Positions 61,701-64,000 of a stretch of DNA of 64,000 nt are shown piece by piece. Below the pieces are notes generated by a model. That model had not been told where the DNA came from and ran no database searches. It saw only the letters and a list, made by a program, of their open reading frames with translations. The stretch is taken from positions 32,242,001-32,306,000 of the forward strand of contig NC_045697.1 of assembly GCF_009834535.1 (NCBI RefSeq), written 5' to 3'. How positions within the stretch are numbered: position 1 is the stretch's first letter; every line of letters starts with the position of its first letter. The stretch is from Camelus ferus. Taxonomy: Eukaryota. The translations under genes were made by a program, and so were the position numbers.

Positions 61701-63330
61701 TAAGAAAACACAATGTCTGACAGGTCCCTTTGTGTTCTGGAGGAAGCACATATCGCTTAGGGATACTGCTCAGCTGATACACAAAGTGATGGAAAAAAAA
61801 TTGCTAGCTTTGAGTGTAGACAGAGTCATGGAGGGCTCTGAGCAGATCAGGGCTGTGGACAAACAGCCCTGCTTTTTTGGACTTTGCAATCAGTCAGAAC
61901 CTCTGTGCTGGAGTTATCAGTGCTAGGAAAAGGCACCATATTGATTTTGTGACAAGTACCAGTGGTAGAATTACAACATATGTTCTCCGGGTTCTGGAAA
62001 AAGGCCATAACATTTGTGTCAGGGAATTAAATGCCTTTCGAAAATAACTCTCGGCAAACTACTAGGCCTGTCCGTGGGACTACCAGTGACCATGTGGACA
62101 GAACTAATGATCACGAGCTGGGTCCTGTAAGTCCCACTAAGTCATAAAGTTAGGTAGTACCAACAATAATCCATTATAAGATGGAAGAGTTACAGCCAGG
62201 ATCGAGCACAGACAGATTCAGAAAGTGTGAAAATGCTGCATAAACAGACAGCACAAGACCTCATGGCACCCACTAGCAGGAGCAGGGTGCTTCTCCCCCT
62301 TTCTGTGGTGTGTGAATGATCCTGTACAAAATCAAGTGATCTATTTGAGTGTCTCTTGGTTCACCCTGGAGATGAGTGTTTGTGTTATGACATCAGGTAA
62401 GCCACTGCTATGGACTGAATTGTCCCCCCGACTAATTCATATGTTAAAATCCTAACCCCTAATATGATGGTATTTGGAGATGAGACCTTTGGGAGATAAT
62501 TAGGTTTAGATGAGGTCGTGAGGATGGCCCCTTCATGGTGGGAATAGTGCCCTTATACAAAGAGGAAGAGCTCTCTCTCTGCCATGTAAAGGCATAGCAG
62601 GAAGGTGGCCATCTGCAAGCCAAGAGGAGAGCCCTCATCAGGAACTGAATTGCCGGGCACCTTGATCTTGGACTTTCTAGCCTCCAGAACTCTGAGAAAC
62701 CAATGTCCATTGTTTAAGCCACTTAGTACATGGTCTGTTGTTCTAGTAGCCCAGGCTGACCAGGAGAGCCATCAGCGTCAGTGGAATTGGTAACTGAGGG
62801 TGAGGGGCTCTAGAATGGACGGCAAAGCAGGACAATGAGTATTAGCCTTCCTAGGACTAACTTCCACAGCCTCCCTCTACCAAGTTTCCCTTCAGAAAAA
62901 GATGCCCACAGCCACCCTGAAGAGGCTGTCTTCTGAACGTTTATGAAGAAGCCAGTCCAAGTAGTCCCAGGGCTGGACATTGGTGACATAGATATATCCT
63001 GCATATGGCTCTTCAGAGAACTGGCTGCTCAGCTGCAGGTGTCCAAGACAGCAGAGGACCCTCAGCTCTCAGTCCTTCAGGACTTGCCTTGGCTGTGCCG
63101 AGTTGTTCCACTCCAGGTCACATGCTTTGCAAGGAAGCTCACAACTGGTGACTGAATAAGCGAAGTGTTTAAGGCCTGGGCATTCTGGCCTGACGCAGAC
63201 TCCTGCAATAGCCAATACTTCCCCTTGAGCTCCCTTCCAGGTTGGACAAGACTTTCTCAGGCTTGCATTGTAGTTAAAATGTTCTTATGTCCTGTCCTGC
63301 TTCCTGTATCTTTCACAGGTCCATGAATTT
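58797..63330 (+). mobile_element. Decayed ERVL provirus (LTR16/HERV16-like): 5' LTR ~58797-59201, internal gag-pro-pol, 3' LTR ~62980-63330
   Basis: LTR ends aaCA at 59201, followed by a tRNA-Leu-type PBS tggtatcaggagtg at 59204. Protease relic LLEIGSELTL (60867-). RT relics PLQKLDG..MTV..KL, SFLEEIN, NSLTLCHNVV, ITLIHCVNNITLI (YIDD region) and KKTQCLTGPFVFWRKHI. A homologous second LTR lies at the right. Confidence 0.88.
62406..62767 (+). mobile_element. MLT1A0-like MaLR solo LTR inserted in the ERVL
   Basis: tgctatggactgaattgtcccccc...ggcaccttgatcttggactttctagcctccagaac. 5-bp TSD gccac (62401-62405) / gccat (62768-62772). Confidence 0.9.
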
Positions 63331-64000
63331 TTGTAATGTATTTTTAATGAAATTGTTTTTATTGAAAGGGTGCTGCATTTTTTTCTTTTTTTTTTTTTTT
63401 TTTTTTTTTGGCCTGGGCTCTGCATACCGCGGAGTTAGCCACTTAGATGACATAACCCAAACTGGTTAATTTCTTGGCCAGTCTTCTTGGTCTCCATTCA
63501 CAATTCTGCCAAAGATTTCTGGCATCTTTTTTCTTCTCCCCTACTTACGACCCACTACTGCCCACTTGGTGTTGCAGTAACAGTCATTCTTAATTTCTAG
63601 AAATGGAAAGCTTTATCTAAAAAAAAAAAAAAAAAAAAAAAAAACAAGTCTTGCAGATCAAGGAATGGTCCTAATTGACAATTGATATATTTCTTTTGTG
63701 TACTTAGAAAGATGCCATTCACCTCTGTCCTGCTTCCTGAAACACCTTATACTACTTTCTTGGCAGACATTTAGAACACCTGCCCATAAACTATAGATGA
63801 AGAAAATGAAATGGAGCCCTCTGTATTAATGTTCTAGGCGGCAATTGGTTGAGGTTGTGTTTGTTCTTGTAAAACTACTGAACTACTGCTCAGAGTTGAC
63901 TCAGTTTTGATGGAAGAGATTGATTTCTTGGCAATATTTTCAATTCTTCTACCCCATTCTGATAGCAGCTGGGTCAGAAACACACTCAGCATTGCTTTCA

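Noticed and set aside
59240..62250. Domesticated retroviral gag/pol gene
   Set aside because: Many stops and frameshifts, and mutated catalytic motifs.
12000..64000. Ortholog of the human GNPDA2 obesity GWAS variant
   Set aside because: From recall the lead variant lies several hundred kb from the gene, beyond this window. It cannot be located from sequence alone.

Overview
Mammalian (eukaryotic) genomic DNA. It is most likely camelid: there is a tRNA-Ala-derived Vic-1-like SINE and camelid-type L1 3' ends, and I saw no Alu, B1, Bov-tA or PRE1. The left ~11.7 kb holds the 5' half of GNPDA2 (glucosamine-6-phosphate deaminase 2) on the minus strand: a CpG-island promoter, a non-coding exon 1 and coding exons of 124, 102 and 183 nt (codons 1-136). 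The remaining exons lie off the left edge. The other ~52 kb is gene-poor upstream DNA dominated by L1, L2, MIR, MaLR (MLT1) and other LTR relics, plus a decayed two-LTR ERVL (HERV16/LTR16-like) provirus. I found no prokaryote-type system and no convincing new protein-coding gene. The most unusual observations are: an ancient ~39-bp tandem array built from the MIR core; an LTR-less, head-to-head inverted ERV cassette with a tRNA-Arg primer-binding site (PBS) nested in an L2; a candidate UG-rich poison exon in GNPDA2 intron 2; and a UPRE/NRF1 promoter. Repeat subfamily names are by eye from recalled consensus sequences, their boundaries are approximate, and all need RepeatMasker/Dfam confirmation.
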